DNA from: Octopus sinensis
Taxonomy: Eukaryota
Assembly: GCF_006345805.1 (NCBI RefSeq)
Contig: NC_043017.1
Coordinates: forward strand, 20,212,001 to 20,276,000
DNA: 64,000 nucleotides
Direction of reading: 5' to 3'
Both the position numbers and the translations under genes were made by a program. Within the stretch, counting starts at the first letter, position 1, and the number at the start of each line of letters is the position of its first letter. The notes under the pieces are model-generated. The model was not told where the DNA came from, ran no database searches, and saw only the letters and a program-made list of their open reading frames with translations. Positions 49,939 through 63,169 of this stretch are shown here, one piece after another.

Positions 49939-50080
49939 TGTCCCCCCATCACTTGACAACCACTTTAGTCAGGCTGAGGCTATAGCAGAAGGCACTTGCT
50001 CAAGGTGCCATGTATCGGGACTGAACCTTCAACCATGTGGTCCAGTAGCCAACTTCCTACCACACAGCCACTCCTGCGCC
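49755..50080. mobile_element. Two SINE A heads in inverted orientation around a TA spacer and B start
   Basis: A(+) 49755-49910, short B piece, A(-) 49965-50080. Confidence 0.75.
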
Positions 50081-50611
50081 TCTTAAGATCCTTTTAAAAA
50101 TCCAACAAAGCATGTGAGGAATGGGGCTGCACCAAGCATGTAATGGACAAATATGTAACTCATACGAATATAGAAACATGCCGAGCGAGCGCACAAACCT
50201 ACCAATCACCAATCATTCATTCAAAAGTGATTCCAATGTCGGTTATAAATAAATACACAAATGGAGATGACATATAGTCTGCGAGAGTTCCGTGTGAGTT
50301 CCTGCGAATGATGGCTTTATGCTGACACTTGTCTGTTATTGTTGAAATTCTAGTGAGTCATTGTTGAAAGGTTTTTGTGTAAATATGGCACTTGCCTGAC
50401 AAGTTACAAGGAAAATATTCTTCAAAATGGAGATTAGTAAAGATGGTTGATTTGAAAGCCTGAAAGCCATAACTTGCTGTCCTTAAAATACCTCTTTTTA
50501 TGATATGTGGCATGATACTCTAGTCTCTTCTTCTTCTTTTCTTTTTCTTCTTCTTTTTCCTTTTCTTCTTCTTCTTCTTCTTCTTCTTCACCATCAACCA
50601 CCACAATTAAC

Positions 50612-50652
<41 letters not shown>

Positions 50653-50736
50653 GCAGAGGCGGTACCATAGCCAATGAGGGTTATCCAAGGCGTGGTTATT
50701 GCTAGTTGAAAACTATTATTATTATTATTATTATTA

Positions 50737-50774
<38 letters not shown>

Positions 50775-50777
<3 letters not shown>

Positions 50778-51524
50778 TAGTCTTATTTTTATCAAGAGCT
50801 TTCACTGCACTATTGAGCACAGCTCTGTGTGCCTTGGGTATGTGCTGTGGTTTGTTGTGGTCCTTTTATTTTCACTGTATTGAAAGTGTTTTACACAGGA
50901 TGTGTGCAGTACCTAGTAGTGCTATTTTCTGTATGTTATATATACTTGTAAGTCCTGGTGTTTTGGTTACATATTTGGTTACATATTTTTAATCATACCT
51001 AGTGCACCCTGATGCACCCACTATGATAGGAATTGTTTCCCGTTCGAGTTACCTCTGTTTCCAGATCTTTGTATTTTGAAAGTTTCTCCATTTCTTTTAG
51101 AGAAACATTGTGATACATTGGTACTGATACATCAATTAAAAAGCTTTTGTTTTCTTGGTGATCTCTGACAACTATATCTGGCCTATTGGCCTTAATTTCT
51201 CTATCTGTGTATATTGGCATATCCCAGAATATGGTTGCTTTCTCATATTCTGTGACCTTTTCTGGCGTGTGCCAATACCATCTTTTTTTCTGTTGTTATT
51301 CCATAGTGTTGGCATAGCTTTCAGTGTATATAGATCCCAACTCTGTCGTGTCTGTGAATATATTCCTTCTCAGCCAGGACTGGGCAGCCAAAGACAATAT
51401 CATTTATTATTTCTTCTCCATCTCCATATATTCTGCAGTTACTTGTAATATTTCTTTTCATTACATATTTTTGGTGATTTCTGGTGGGAAGGCTTTGATC
51501 CTGTGCTGCAAGTGAAAATTTCCC
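50775..51524 (-). pseudogene. R4/Dong-clade non-LTR retrotransposon 3' end (zinc knuckle + restriction-like endonuclease) abutting (TAA)n
   Basis: Decayed translation AAQDQSLPTR...CRIYG..E..DIVFGCPVLAEKEYIHRHDRV...HTPEKV.E...FWDMPIYTDREIKANRPDIVVRD...FLIDVSVP...EKLSKYKDLE...IQKIALLGTAHILCKTLSIQ* (stop 50872-50874). About 97-bp 3' UTR runs into the TAA array. Confidence 0.9.
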
Positions 51525-51731
51525 TTGCCATCTTCTGGGGCATCACCTTTTCCATTTTGTCAGCTGGTGCCATGAGAAATATTTTGATATTGTAAAAGGT
51601 AAGATTTTGCAAAATCAATTTAAATAAAGGTGGTGTAAGTATCCTACAAGTGAAACTAAAAAAAGAAAAAAAAAGGGATGAAAGATCCTCATCATTTCAG
51701 GTATTGGTTCACCCTTGAGCTATAATAGAAA

Positions 51732-51969
51732 TTACTAAGGCGGCGAGCTGGCAGAAACGTTAGCACGCCGGGCGAAATGCGTAGCCGTATTTCGTCTGTC
51801 GTTACGTTCTGAGTTCAAATTCCGCCGAGGTCGACTTTGCCTTTCATTCTTTCGGGGTCGATAAATTAAGTACCAGTTACGCACTGGGGTCGATGTAAAC
51901 GACTTGATCCCTTTGTCTGTCCGTGTTTGTCCCCTCTATGTTTAGCCCCTTGTGGGCAATAAAGCAATA
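51732..51969 (+). mobile_element. Full-length young C1 SINE with 11-bp TSD
   Basis: TATAATAGAAA at 51721-51731 and 51970-51980. CpGs retained. Confidence 0.9.
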
Positions 51970-52860
51970 TATAATAGAAAATATTTGCTCATGGTACCAA
52001 GCAGTGGGACTGAACCCAAAACCATGTGGTGGCAGACAAGCTTCTTAATCACGCAGCCTGAATCTTGGGCTTTTTTTTTGAGACATAGTCCTGATTTCCA
52101 ACCTTAGGCACTGTTGCTTCAGGATGTTTTGAGGTGAAAAGTGAGGCAAAATAAATAACTCCCTTGTGACGGCTTTGGATTGCTTGATTGATTCCAAACA
52201 GGTTTCAATCCCTACTTAACTTCACGGTTCATTGGTTATTGTAGAAAAGGCATCAAGCTGCCAAATTAATTGCTTCAAACTATCCATTCAAGCATTGAGA
52301 AAAAAGAAGAAAAACACACAAGAAGCAAAAAAAATTAAATAAGAAGAGGAAAAAGAGGTAGAAAAAGAAGAATGTTTAATTGTGAACATGCAAACATTTT
52401 GCACTTTGAATTTCATTTTTTTATACGTGATTAACTTTATACACCATTAATTTTATGCATAATTAAAATTAAAAATAAATTTTAACCTCAAGGAAAAATT
52501 TGCTTGTAATAGGCAAAAATAAAAAGATAAGAAAAAATCAAAACCATCCCGATTGGAGGTTTAAAAAGCTTTTGCAAGGTCGTTCAACCTGGTAGAAATA
52601 GCAGCTAAATTTTTCTAAATTCGTTTCCTATTGTGACACTAGAGAAGGATACATATTGAACAATGTTTTTTGTTATCTGCAAAAACGAAATGAGATCCTT
52701 TCAACTGGAATGCTTTTGGTACCAAGTCCATATGTCCTTGTCAACATCAACAACAACAACAGCAGCAGAATGAATATTCTTAATACCTATAACCCACTCA
52801 CATTTATTTTGCTGCACCTCATAACATGAAGTTTGAGCTCCAAGAGAGATGGCATTTATA

Positions 52861-53240
52861 AGCTGGTTTTTCATTCTTGCGTGACCAAGCACAGCTCTGA
52901 GTATCTTGGGTATCAATAGCATTTTGGTTTTTCTTATTTCATTGTATTGGAAACACCCTACATAATATCTGAGCAATGCCAACCAGTGCTGTTTTCTGTA
53001 TGCACCATTTCATTTGGCATTGTGATTATGTAAATGTCTTCATACATTTTAATCATTCCCAAAGCACCCGTTATTATAAGGATTGTTTCTGTTTTCAAGC
53101 CTTGCATTCAGGTTATCTACATCATTATATTGAGATAATTTCCCTATCTCTTTTAGAGATATATAATCATCTGTTGGAACTGATATGCTGATAAGAGGGC
53201 ATTTTCATTTCCCGGCATTATTATGAGATATACAATATCA
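52861..53240 (-). pseudogene. Second, older R4/Dong-like 3' fragment
   Basis: Minus strand ISVPTDDYISLKEIGKLSQY...GALGMIK...IQKTALVGIAQILCRVF. 3' UTR ATACCCAAG..AC.CAGAGCTGTGCT shared with the 50775 copy. Confidence 0.75.
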
Positions 53241-53249
53241 TTATTATCA

Positions 53250-53775
53250 TGGTAGAATCGTAAGCATGCTGGGCAAAATGCTTTATGACATTTTGTCTGT
53301 TTTTACTATGTTTAGAGTTCAAATTCCATCAAGGTCAACTTCATCTTCCATCCCTTCAATGGTCAATAAAATTAGTACCAGTTGAACACTGGGCTGATGT
53401 AATTGACTTCCTTCTTCCTTCTCGAGCCATGCCTGGCTCATAAGGGCCGGTTTCCTGGTTTCTTGGCGTATAGGTTCCCCGCCTGGATGGAATACCGGTC
53501 CATCGCAGGTGAGCTGCAAGATGCAGGGGGAAAGAGTGAGAGAAAGTTGTGGCAAAAGAGTCAGCAGAAGTTTCGCCATTACCTTCTGCTGGAGCCGTGT
53601 GGAGCTTAGGTGTTTCGCTCATAAACACACACATCGTCCGGTCTGAGATTCAAACCCGCGATCCCTCGACCGCGAGTCCGCTGCTCTAGCCACTAGGCCA
53701 TGTGCCTCCACATGATGTAATTGACTTGCTCCCACCTTATAAGATTGCTGCCTTTGTGCCAAAATTTGAAACCGT
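53250..53775 (+). mobile_element. Old C2 SINE split by a nested V-like SINE
   Basis: C head and body 53250-53409, C2 tail resumes 53713-53775. Confidence 0.75.
53410..53712 (-). mobile_element. tRNA-derived SINE with V-domain-like core and 15-bp TSD
   Basis: TSD TGATGTAATTGACTT at 53395-53409 and 53713-53727. Head TGGCCTAGTGGCTAGAGC...GGTTTGAATCTC. CCTGCGATGGACCGGTATTCCATCCAGG resembles the V-SINE domain as recalled. Confidence 0.85.
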
Positions 53776-53783
53776 TATTATTA

Positions 53784-53815
<32 letters not shown>

Positions 53816-54188
53816 GAGTGAAAGAGCAGTGTATGCCATCAAAGTGACACTGGGATAAAATATACGAAGCCCAGTATACCCATCATGACTACCTGTCTGA
53901 TAAGAGTACACCAAGCACATGCATCACAACTATATCTGTGCTACATGGAGATCTCACATCAAGGTAAACAGTGTATGACCTTGCAGGTGGGGGTCCTTGA
54001 GTGTGGGGTCAAAAATCTGCTCTTCATTGGTTCTTGAACATCCAGCATTGGGATCAGGTCTGGATGAGGATTTGTTACATGCTAACAGATGAAAATTGAA
54101 ATTTTAAGAGAACTCTCAAAATTTGTGACCTTACAAGTTTTTCATTGAAACTGAATTTAAAGCAATACCATAATGGTAGGGTAATACC

Positions 54189-54381
54189 TATTTCTTTACT
54201 ACTCACAAGGGGCTAAACACAGAGGGGATGAACAAGGACAGACAAATGGATTAAGTCGATTATATCGACCCCAGTGTGTAACTGGTACTTATTTAATCGA
54301 CCCTGAAAGGATGAAAGGCAAAGTCGGCCTTAGCGGAATTTGAAATCAGAACGTAGCGACAGACGAAATACCGCTAAGTAA
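54189..54381 (-). mobile_element. 5'-truncated C1 SINE with 17-bp TSD
   Basis: AATGGTAGGGTAATACC at 54172-54188 and 54382-54398. Confidence 0.92.
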
Positions 54382-54614
54382 AATGGTAGGGTAATACCAT
54401 TTTGGTAGGGTTCCAATAAATGCTTTATTATTATTGCTCTCTTTAGTATTGGGTCACAGTCCCAAATAGCCCTCTGCAGGAAACAGCTTAAAAGTTTGCA
54501 AAGAAAAATTCATGAAGAAAGTTGATGCAAAAAAGTGGAATGAGAAGAAAGGAAAGAAAAGCAAGAAAATGAAAACCTTCATTATCGTTGAGTGTAAAGA
54601 CCATAATTAATATA

Positions 54615-54848
54615 TATTTCTTTATGGCCCACAGGGGGCTAAACATAGAGGGGACAAACAAGGACAGACAAAGGGATTAAGTTGATTACATCGACCCCAG
54701 TGCATAACTGGTACTTATTTAATCGACCCCCAAAAGGATGAAAGGCAAAGTCGATCTCGATGGAATTTGAACTCAGAACGTAACAGCAGATGAAATATCA
54801 CGAAGCATTTTGCTTGGAGTGCTAACGATTCTGCCAGTTCACCACCCT
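54615..54848 (-). mobile_element. Full-length C1 SINE with 11-bp TSD
   Basis: TAATTAATATA at 54604-54614 and 54849-54859. Confidence 0.88.
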
Positions 54849-55074
54849 TAATTAATATAACTGATTTGGAATAATATAAAGAAAAGGAGGCCAAAGTCTG
54901 TGAGATAGCTACTCAATGCAAAGAGGGTGGTGTCCTTCAGTTTGATTAAAGAAACTTGTCCATGTGCTTGTATTTGCTAGAAATTTCAGATCTAGGAAAT
55001 AGGTAGTATAGTGGAATTGTTGGATGTAGGTATGTAGCTATGTGTGAGTATCTATGAGTCTATGAGAGTGTGTG

Positions 55075-55275
55075 TGTGCTTGTCTGCCCCATAGCTTGAC
55101 AGCCAGTGTTGGTTTGTTTACGTCCCCATAACTTAGTGTCTCATCAAAAGCAACCGAATGAATAAGCACTGAACTTTAAAACAAGCAAAAAAATTACTGG
55201 GGTCAATTTGTTCGATGATACTAAACCCTTCGGGACATTGCACCAGCATGGCCGCAGCCCAATGGCTGAATCACA
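55075..55275 (+). mobile_element. Degenerate SINE B tail
   Basis: GCTTGACAGCC...GAATAAGCAC...GGGGTCAATTTG...CCAGCATGGCCGCAG. Confidence 0.7.
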
Positions 55276-55739
55276 TATAAATTAGAATGATGAACATTCC
55301 GGAAGATAGCACTCCATTCTAAAGAGCAAATCTTCATCAATCTCAGGGAAAATGTTAGAGCTTTACTAAATTTAGAAAGAACTCCATCAACAGAAGCAAC
55401 AAATATAAACCTGTGGACTTGAAACTTATGGGAAGAACTGGGGTGGCATTTCAGGGTGAGGAGGTAGTCTTTCCTTTTCCTTTTGCAGTCTCATGCTCTT
55501 TCCTATGATGGCCCCTTGTGTATTGAGTGTGTGGCGGTTCCATTGCAGCCGATTCCATTAATTACAATTCTTGCTATTAACGACCCTGCGTAATGATGAT
55601 ACATACAGAGTTTGCTAAGTACAGTTGGTGTTAATGGGTGGGATGGGGTGTGGCGGGGGTGTGGTAGGGGTGTAGTAGGGGCGAATTCTATGGGAATAAA
55701 TGATGTGGATGAGGCTAAGTAAGAGCTGAAGGTGTAACG

Positions 55740-56117
55740 AGAGACGAGACGAGATGAGACAGAGGAATGGTTGGCGAGAGATGAAATATGAATGGAGGTG
55801 AGAGGGAAGAGAAAAAGGAGGGGGTCTGAGAGGGAGAAGGAGAGAAGGAAAGAGAAAAGAGAGGGGGAGATAGAAGTGGAGGAGGGAGAGAGTGAAGAAG
55901 AGAGGAGTCAAGAGAGAAAAAGAGAGATACGGCTAGTGGGGGAGAATTAGAGAGAGAGAGAGAAGGGGAGAGAGGGAGAGGAGGAGGAGGAGGAAGAGAG
56001 AATAGGACAATAAGAGGAAGAGAGAGGGGGAAAGAGAAAGAGATAGAGAGACAGAGAGGATTAAAGAATAGATAGATAGAGAAATAGATATATAGACAGA
56101 TAGTAGATATATAGTTC

Positions 56118-56149
<32 letters not shown>

Positions 56150-56380
56150 ATTATATATATATAGATAGATAGACAGGACAGGTGAGAAAGAGGGGGAGAA
56201 GCAGGCAGGCAAATAGATAGTGAGAAAGACAGACAAGGGAGGAAAAAATAGGAGTAAAAAAGGTGAGGGAGAAAGAAGGAAAGAGAGAGGGTGTGAAGCT
56301 TAGTGATTAGAAAGGGAGGGAGAGGGAGAGAGAGAAAGTGGGGGAAGAGATTAGAGAGTTACAGACTCAGATGAGATAGG
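55740..56380. repeat. Purine-rich (GA/GGA) low-complexity tract
   Basis: Strongly G/A-biased plus strand with embedded TA and GATA runs. Confidence 0.85.
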
Positions 56381-56759
56381 AAAATAATTAGAAATTGGTG
56401 ATGGTGGTGGTGGCAGAGGTGATGATGATGATGATGATGACAGTGGTGGTGGTTGGAGATAGCAAAAGGATTAAGGAAGAAGATTCATAAGTAAATGCAG
56501 GGAGGGGAGTCAGAGGTCGGGGGATGGGGGTCGAGGGACTATGGTGGTGGAAGGGGTGGGGGAGAAGTTAAGATGGAAAACAGGTAGAAATTTGATAAGA
56601 AAACAATTAGGAGAGATTGGATGCAATTATAGAGATTGGCTACAAATTAAAGATTGGCTTTAGATCTTGGGGTTCAATAGATGGAGGTGACAGTGGTGGT
56701 GGTGGTAGTGGTGGTGGTGATGGTGGTGGGGACCAACAGGGCATTAGCAAGAAAACACA

Positions 56760-57230
56760 TGTGTGTGTGTATGTATACCTGTATGCATGTATGTATGTAT
56801 GTATGTGTGTATATTTGTATATACATATCTATTTATGTATGTATGTTTGTATGTATGTAGGTATATGTGTATGTATGTATATATGTATGTATGTTTATAT
56901 GTAGGTATATTTGTATGTATGTATATATGTATGTAGGTATATGTGTATGTATGTATATATGTATGCATGTTTATATGTATGTAGGTATATGTGTATGTAT
57001 GTTTATATGTATGTAGGTATACATGTATATATGTATGTATGTATTTATGTATGTATATCTGTATGTATTTATGTATACATATATGTATGTATTAACAAAT
57101 ATGTGTGTGTATGCACATATATATATATGTGTGTTGTGTGTGTGTGTGTGTATGAGTGTGTGTGTGTATGTATTAACAAATATATGTGTTTTTATATGTA
57201 TATATATATACGCATATGTATGTAGGTATT
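56760..57230. repeat. Degenerate TATG/TG tandem repeat
   Basis: Recurrent TATGTAGGTATATGTGTATGTATG subunits. Confidence 0.85.
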
Positions 57231-58269
57231 TGGTAGGATTAAACAAGGGAATTGGTGAGTAACTAGCGATAATGTATCGCACAGACACAAAGCAGAGATT
57301 AAGGAAGCAACACTGACCGAATGACTGACCGACCGACCGACCGACTGACAGACTAACTCTGTACAATTACTATTTCATTAGGATTAATATAAACCAGCTT
57401 TTCTCTTGGTTCGCAAAGAGCCATTATCATTAAAACCAAACTTGGTATTGCTATGATATAAAGTAATTTCGTTGTTGCTGTTGTTTCTTCTTCGTCTTGT
57501 GTGACATTACAAGAACAAGAGGCTTACGTTTCATGCAAGTCTTAGGGCTTTGGTGGTTTTTCAATTATTGAAAATCTGTTGTACATGTGGAACATAGGAA
57601 TATTGTAATTGTTTGTGTGGTTGTTGTTGTTGTGTTGTTGTCACTTTCTGGCTTCCTCGGTGTCGGAGAATTAGCAAAAGGAAAAATATATAAAAAAAAA
57701 AAAATCGACAACAGAGGCCTTCACAATAAGATGGGTCAATAATGCTCGGAGGTGAGGGATTTAATACATGAAAACCAACCAACCAATCACCTTTCACACT
57801 ATCGCCTTTGAAGTGTTACGTATGTGGGGAGAGAGGGACAAAAAGAGAGAGAGAGAAAAAGAGAGAGGAAAGGCGCTGTTGCTAATAAATTATTGGTTTC
57901 CTCCTTTTTCAGTTTTCCTGATCAATTCACTGATCAATATTTACAATTAACAGATTGTAAAACCAAGTCCCTAATTAATTTGTGGAATAGATATCAGAAC
58001 TGAATTCTTTGAGACAGAAGATCAATGAAATTCAAGTTTGCTTTCTAGTCGATATTGTAAAATAACTTCTCTAAGTTTGTTCAACAGACACAATTAGAAT
58101 AATTGTCACAAAGTAAAAGCCTTATATTTCATGTTGGAGAAAGTTGGGGTTTAGGATACAGCTGGGAGAACTTGCTAAGTTGGGGGACCTTAACTGAAAG
58201 CCCTTGGAAGAAGTCTTCACTCTGTATAGCAAAAATACATTTTCAATGACTTTATATATATATGTATAT

Positions 58270-58461
58270 ATATAATAATAATGATATTAGGGAGTATAGC
58301 TCTAAACTTACAGGGAAAAATTCGATTTAGTATTAAATCAAATTTCACAGTATAAATATATAAAATATGAATTAGAGATAAAACCACTATTATGCAACTC
58401 AAACAGTGATAGACATAAACCAATACATAAATAACAATAATATATAAATATAATTAATATA

Positions 58462-58509
<48 letters not shown>

Positions 58510-58697
58510 TATTCAAAAAGTATAAAAAGATGATAAATCTAATAATTATTATATTATATTTATCATTCTTTTTATACTTTTATATAATATTATGTATTAT
58601 ATTAATTATATTTATATTATTTGTTATTTATGTATTGGTTTATGTCTATCACTGTTTGAGTTGCATAATAGTGGTTTTATCTCTAATTCATATTTTA
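58270..58697. mobile_element. Second AT-rich foldback element
   Basis: 58361-58436 is the exact reverse complement of 58622-58697 (76 bp). An inner imperfect inverted repeat lies at about 58516-58580. Extension 58270-58360 carries AAACTTACAGGGAAAAAT. Confidence 0.85.
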
Positions 58698-58994
58698 TGT
58701 ATGTATGTATATATATATATATATATATCTGTCTCTCTGTCTATCTCTCTATATTCTTCCTTGAATACAATACACAGTAATTCTCCATGCAGCATTCTCG
58801 TTTGCCGTTAGAGCTCATCAAACCGGTTTCAACCTCTTGATCTGTAACTGGTTTGATAAGTGCTCACACATGAAACTCTTGGGTCCTTGAGCCAGTCAGT
58901 TGCTTCTGCTAAGTATTAATAAATAAATAAACATGTGTGTGTGTTTGTATACACACACACACGTTTATTTATTTATATATAAGGTACTCTCAAT

Positions 58995-59120
58995 AGTGGT
59001 TGGCGTTAGGGTTAGGAAGGGCATCCAGCTGTAGAAACCATGCCAAACAGACATTGGGCCTGGACAGCTTTCACTGGCCAGTTCCTGTTTCACCTGTCCA
59101 ACCCATCTCAAGCATGGATA
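58995..59120 (+). mobile_element. Degenerate D tail
   Basis: GTGGTTGGCGTTAG...GAAGGGCATCCAGCTGTAGAAAC...TCCAACCCAT. Confidence 0.7.
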
Positions 59121-59137
59121 TATATATTTTATAAATG

Positions 59138-59169
<32 letters not shown>

Positions 59170-59171
<2 letters not shown>

Positions 59172-59370
59172 ATCCAAACAGAAAGCACAAAAAAACAGCA
59201 ACAACGCGAACGTGAACAAATATAGTATTATTGGATGCTCATGAAAGAAGGAGGGGTTAACGTTTTCGAGTGGAGCTCTTCGTTGGAAACATAGGAGAAG
59301 GAAAGATCCAGAGAAGGGAAGACAGAGGAAAAAAAAAATCGCCAATGGTACACACGAGGTCACATGGCCA
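59170..59370 (-). mobile_element. H1 element with degenerate hammerhead-like motif
   Basis: Minus strand GTTT-CCAACGA-A-GAGC-TCC-ACTC-GAAAAC-GTTAAC. Highly similar to 25760-25960. In (TA)n. Confidence 0.6.
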
Positions 59371-59392
59371 CCTTTGGTCATGGTTGACCATG

Positions 59393-59435
<43 letters not shown>

Positions 59436-59699
59436 TGAAGGATTACTCAATCCATTTGGTAGAGTACATATTTATTACTCTTTAAAAAGAATAGTACTTC
59501 GAAGTTTCAGATGATAGCTTAACTGGCTGAAATTTTGAAGTTACTATCAATATATGTATTTATTGCAAATATGCAAATGAGAAATTTCTGTTATTTTATT
59601 TTACTATAAGTTAATAAATATTTTGCTTTAGAAAATTTGCATTTATTTCATTATTTTGCATAAACACCAAGAAATTTAATAAAAGTGAAAATTACATCT

Positions 59700-59868
59700 T
59701 TCATCCCTTACTTGTTTCAGTTATTAGACTGTGGCCATGCTGGGGCACTGCCTTGAAGGATTTTAGTCAAAATTTATTGTATTTTTCTAAAGTTTGGTAC
59801 TTAGTCTATCAGCTTCTCTTGCCAAACTGCTAAATTATGGGGATGTAAACAAACCAACTCCGGTTGTA
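59700..59868 (-). mobile_element. SINE B tail
   Basis: TACTTGTTTCAGT...TGTGGCCATGCTGG...GGGGATGTAAAC. Confidence 0.75.
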
Positions 59869-60364
59869 GTTCACCACCTTCAAAATATACATATATAACA
59901 ATACATCCTACCAAAAGGTGTGAGGCAATACCAAATATGGCTGCTGAATAGAGTTTCCATGGCACCATCACTTTGATTAAATTAAATCTGAAAGTCTTGA
60001 AGACAAAAAAAAAAAAATGGATTACTGTTTCTGGTTGTTGTGTAGTCTTCGTTAACCTTTGATTAAGCCATCCTAACAAGGAAGGTTTTTTTTTTCTCTC
60101 CCATTGTTGACAAGGAAGTGTTTACGGTTTAGGTAACAAGGCAACAAAAAAGTTCCATTGTGGTTCATGAATGTGTAAGAATTAAGAGGCTAAACATTCC
60201 TTGAATCAAAGTTATTTTTTCGAAAGAAGAAAAACATATCGAAGAATCTAATCCTGGCTTCAGGTGAGACATTCTGTGAGCAAATTTTTTTCATTATTCT
60301 CTTAGCCATTTCTTTTTAACAACTGTATGTTGTCATCTTATGCGTGTGTGTATGTATATAAATA

Positions 60365-60453
<89 letters not shown>

Positions 60454-60519
60454 AGATATATATTATATATATATATACACCCATACCCACATATATATTT
60501 ATAGAGAGATTGAGAAATA

Positions 60520-60558
<39 letters not shown>

Positions 60559-60994
60559 CAGGGTATACATGAATTAGCTTTGCAAGTTGAAAAATTCAGA
60601 AAGAAAAATATAAGTGTAAACCACACACACACAACTGTTATTTTCAAAATTTCAGAATGTTCTTTATTTAAACGTATACTGCAGTGTTCTTGTTCATTTA
60701 GCCTGCAGACTGTTCTCATTAAGCTAAGCTACAATCAGATGCATTCTAAGTTTAACCATCGTGTCCTTAGCCAAGACCCATCTTCTCTAGAACTTCATTA
60801 TACAACATGTCCTTCTTTGTTTTAAAACAGCAGGGTATGAAATGAAAGAGATTAATGCTGCTGTCTCTAGTCTGTCAAGAGGTTGCACAATGGCTCCCTT
60901 TCTGGCTCAGGTATTGGCATTTTAATAATAAAAAAACAAACAATGGTTTAATAGTAAATATCTTATTTTGGCCCAAGCCAACTAATAATCCGTT

Positions 60995-61194
60995 CTACTA
61001 TAGGCACAAGACCATCAATTTTGGGGAAGGTGGTAAGTCAGTTACATCGACCCCAGTGTTTCACTGGTACTTGATTTATCAATCCTGAAAGGATGAAGGG
61101 CAAAGTCAACCTTGGCAGAATTTGAACTCAGAATGTTGTGACAGGTGAAATACTGCTAAGCATTCCGTCCAGCATGCTAACGATTCTGCCAGCT

Positions 61195-61226
<32 letters not shown>

Positions 61227-61430
61227 ATAATAATAATAATAATAATAATAATGATGATGATTTCAAACTTTGGCTCAAAGCCAGCAATTCTGAGGAGGGA
61301 TTAATTTGACTGCATTGAGCCCAGTGCTGAACTGACCCCAAAAGGGTAGGAGGCTAAGTTGACCTTGGCAGAATTTTTACATGGAGTGCAAAGACAATTA
61401 AATGTCGCTAAGCATTTTGTCTGATATGCT
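60995..61430 (-). mobile_element. Two tandem C2 SINEs separated by CTA/AAT repeats
   Basis: Copies at about 60995-61198 and 61260-61430 (second one degenerate). Confidence 0.75.
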
Positions 61431-61629
61431 AAAGGTGTGCTTCTACCAGGAACAGGTTGATAGTGACTTTGAAGTAAGATAATTTATCAGCAATGATCAT
61501 AACCATTCACTGACTTAACAGTCACCCTGTATGCATGGATACGGGTGTATATATGTATGCAAGTGTATGTATGTGTGTGTGTGTGCGTGTGTTTGTGTAT
61601 GCATCTATGAATGTATGTATGTATGTAGT

Positions 61630-61865
61630 AGGCGGTGAGCTGGCAGAAATGTTAGCACACCGGGTGAAATGCTTAGTGGTATTTCGTCTGCAGCTATGTT
61701 CTGAATTCAAATTCTGCCGAGGTCGACTTTGCCTTTCATCCTTTCGGGGTCGATTAAATAAGTACCAGTAACACACTGGGGTCGATATAATCGACTTAAT
61801 CCGTTTGTCTGTCCTTGTTTGTCCCCTCTGTGTTTAGCCCCTTGTGGGTAGTAAAGAAATAGGTA
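61630..61865 (+). mobile_element. Full-length C1 SINE
   Basis: GGCGGTGAGCTGGCAGAAATGTTAGC head through CCCCTTGTGGGTAGTAAAGAAAT tail. Confidence 0.92.
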
Positions 61866-62361
61866 TTTCTCTTCAAGATGTGTCTTTGTGAAGCAGGAAA
61901 ATACAGCTATAATGTGGTTCAAGGTTTTGGTCCTCGGCAGGGGTAAATCACTGACAAAGCAGCACCTGAACAGGGATTCGTTTTTGGCTGGATCACACTA
62001 CCTGTGTCACCTCGACCTGACCTATCAACGATACCTTGACAGTCTTATTGATTCCAAGATGATTTTTTCGAAAGAAAAATTTATCTCTTTGTTAAGTTTA
62101 TTGATTTTTATCAAAACATTAATGAATACATAAGTCCGTGTACGTGTGTCTATATACTTATACACATGTATATTCATATATATATAAAGATATAAAAATA
62201 AGCATACGCAAACATAAGCATATACATATTATATTACATACTCATATAAATGTGCTTTTGCACATGTGTATATACGTACATATATATATATATATATATA
62301 ATATATATGCATGTATGTATGTATGTATGTATATGTATATATGTATAATATATATATATAA

Positions 62362-62411
<50 letters not shown>

Positions 62412-62759
62412 TATATATATATGCATATAAATATATGCATATGTATTTGTGGGCATGTTAAATAGATACGGTTATAGTTACATGATGTAGGAAGCCTTTA
62501 TACATGTGTATAGAGAATATTACAGATAATTAAATTTCCAAATCCCAGATCATATCGAGTTAATTCATGCCACTGAACCTTTTCTGGGACCACGAATTCA
62601 TTCACAAAGTCATATTACACATACATAACATATCTATATCTATCTATCTATCTATCTATATTATCTATCTATCTATCTATCTATCTATATAATATATATA
62701 TATATATATACGTATATGGATACATATTATGTATGTATCTGGTTATGTGTATATATAAA

Positions 62760-62827
<68 letters not shown>

Positions 62828-63169
62828 GTATGTATATATGTATATACATACATACACACGCATATGTAGAGATGTATGTGTACATGTATGTGTGCAGTTG
62901 TGTGTAGCTTCAGCGGGGAAGGGTTTCGCAAGAGTGGAACTAAAAAGCAGGGAATGGTTAATATTTGCAAATGTAATGAATATCATTCAGTTTAGTAGGG
63001 GTCGTAAAAGAAGATGATGATGATGATGATGGGGAGGAGGAGGAGGAGGAGGAGGAAGAAAAGGAGGTGGAAGAGGAATATGGTGCAAAGGTGCAAATGA
63101 ACAGTGAATGATGATAGTATAAATAAATGCATTACACAGAAAATCATAAATGACAGAGGAACTAGAAAG

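Noticed and set aside
59000-59020. TTAGGGTTAGG as a telomeric repeat
   Set aside because: Only a slippage variant of the D tail GCGTTAGGAAGGG.
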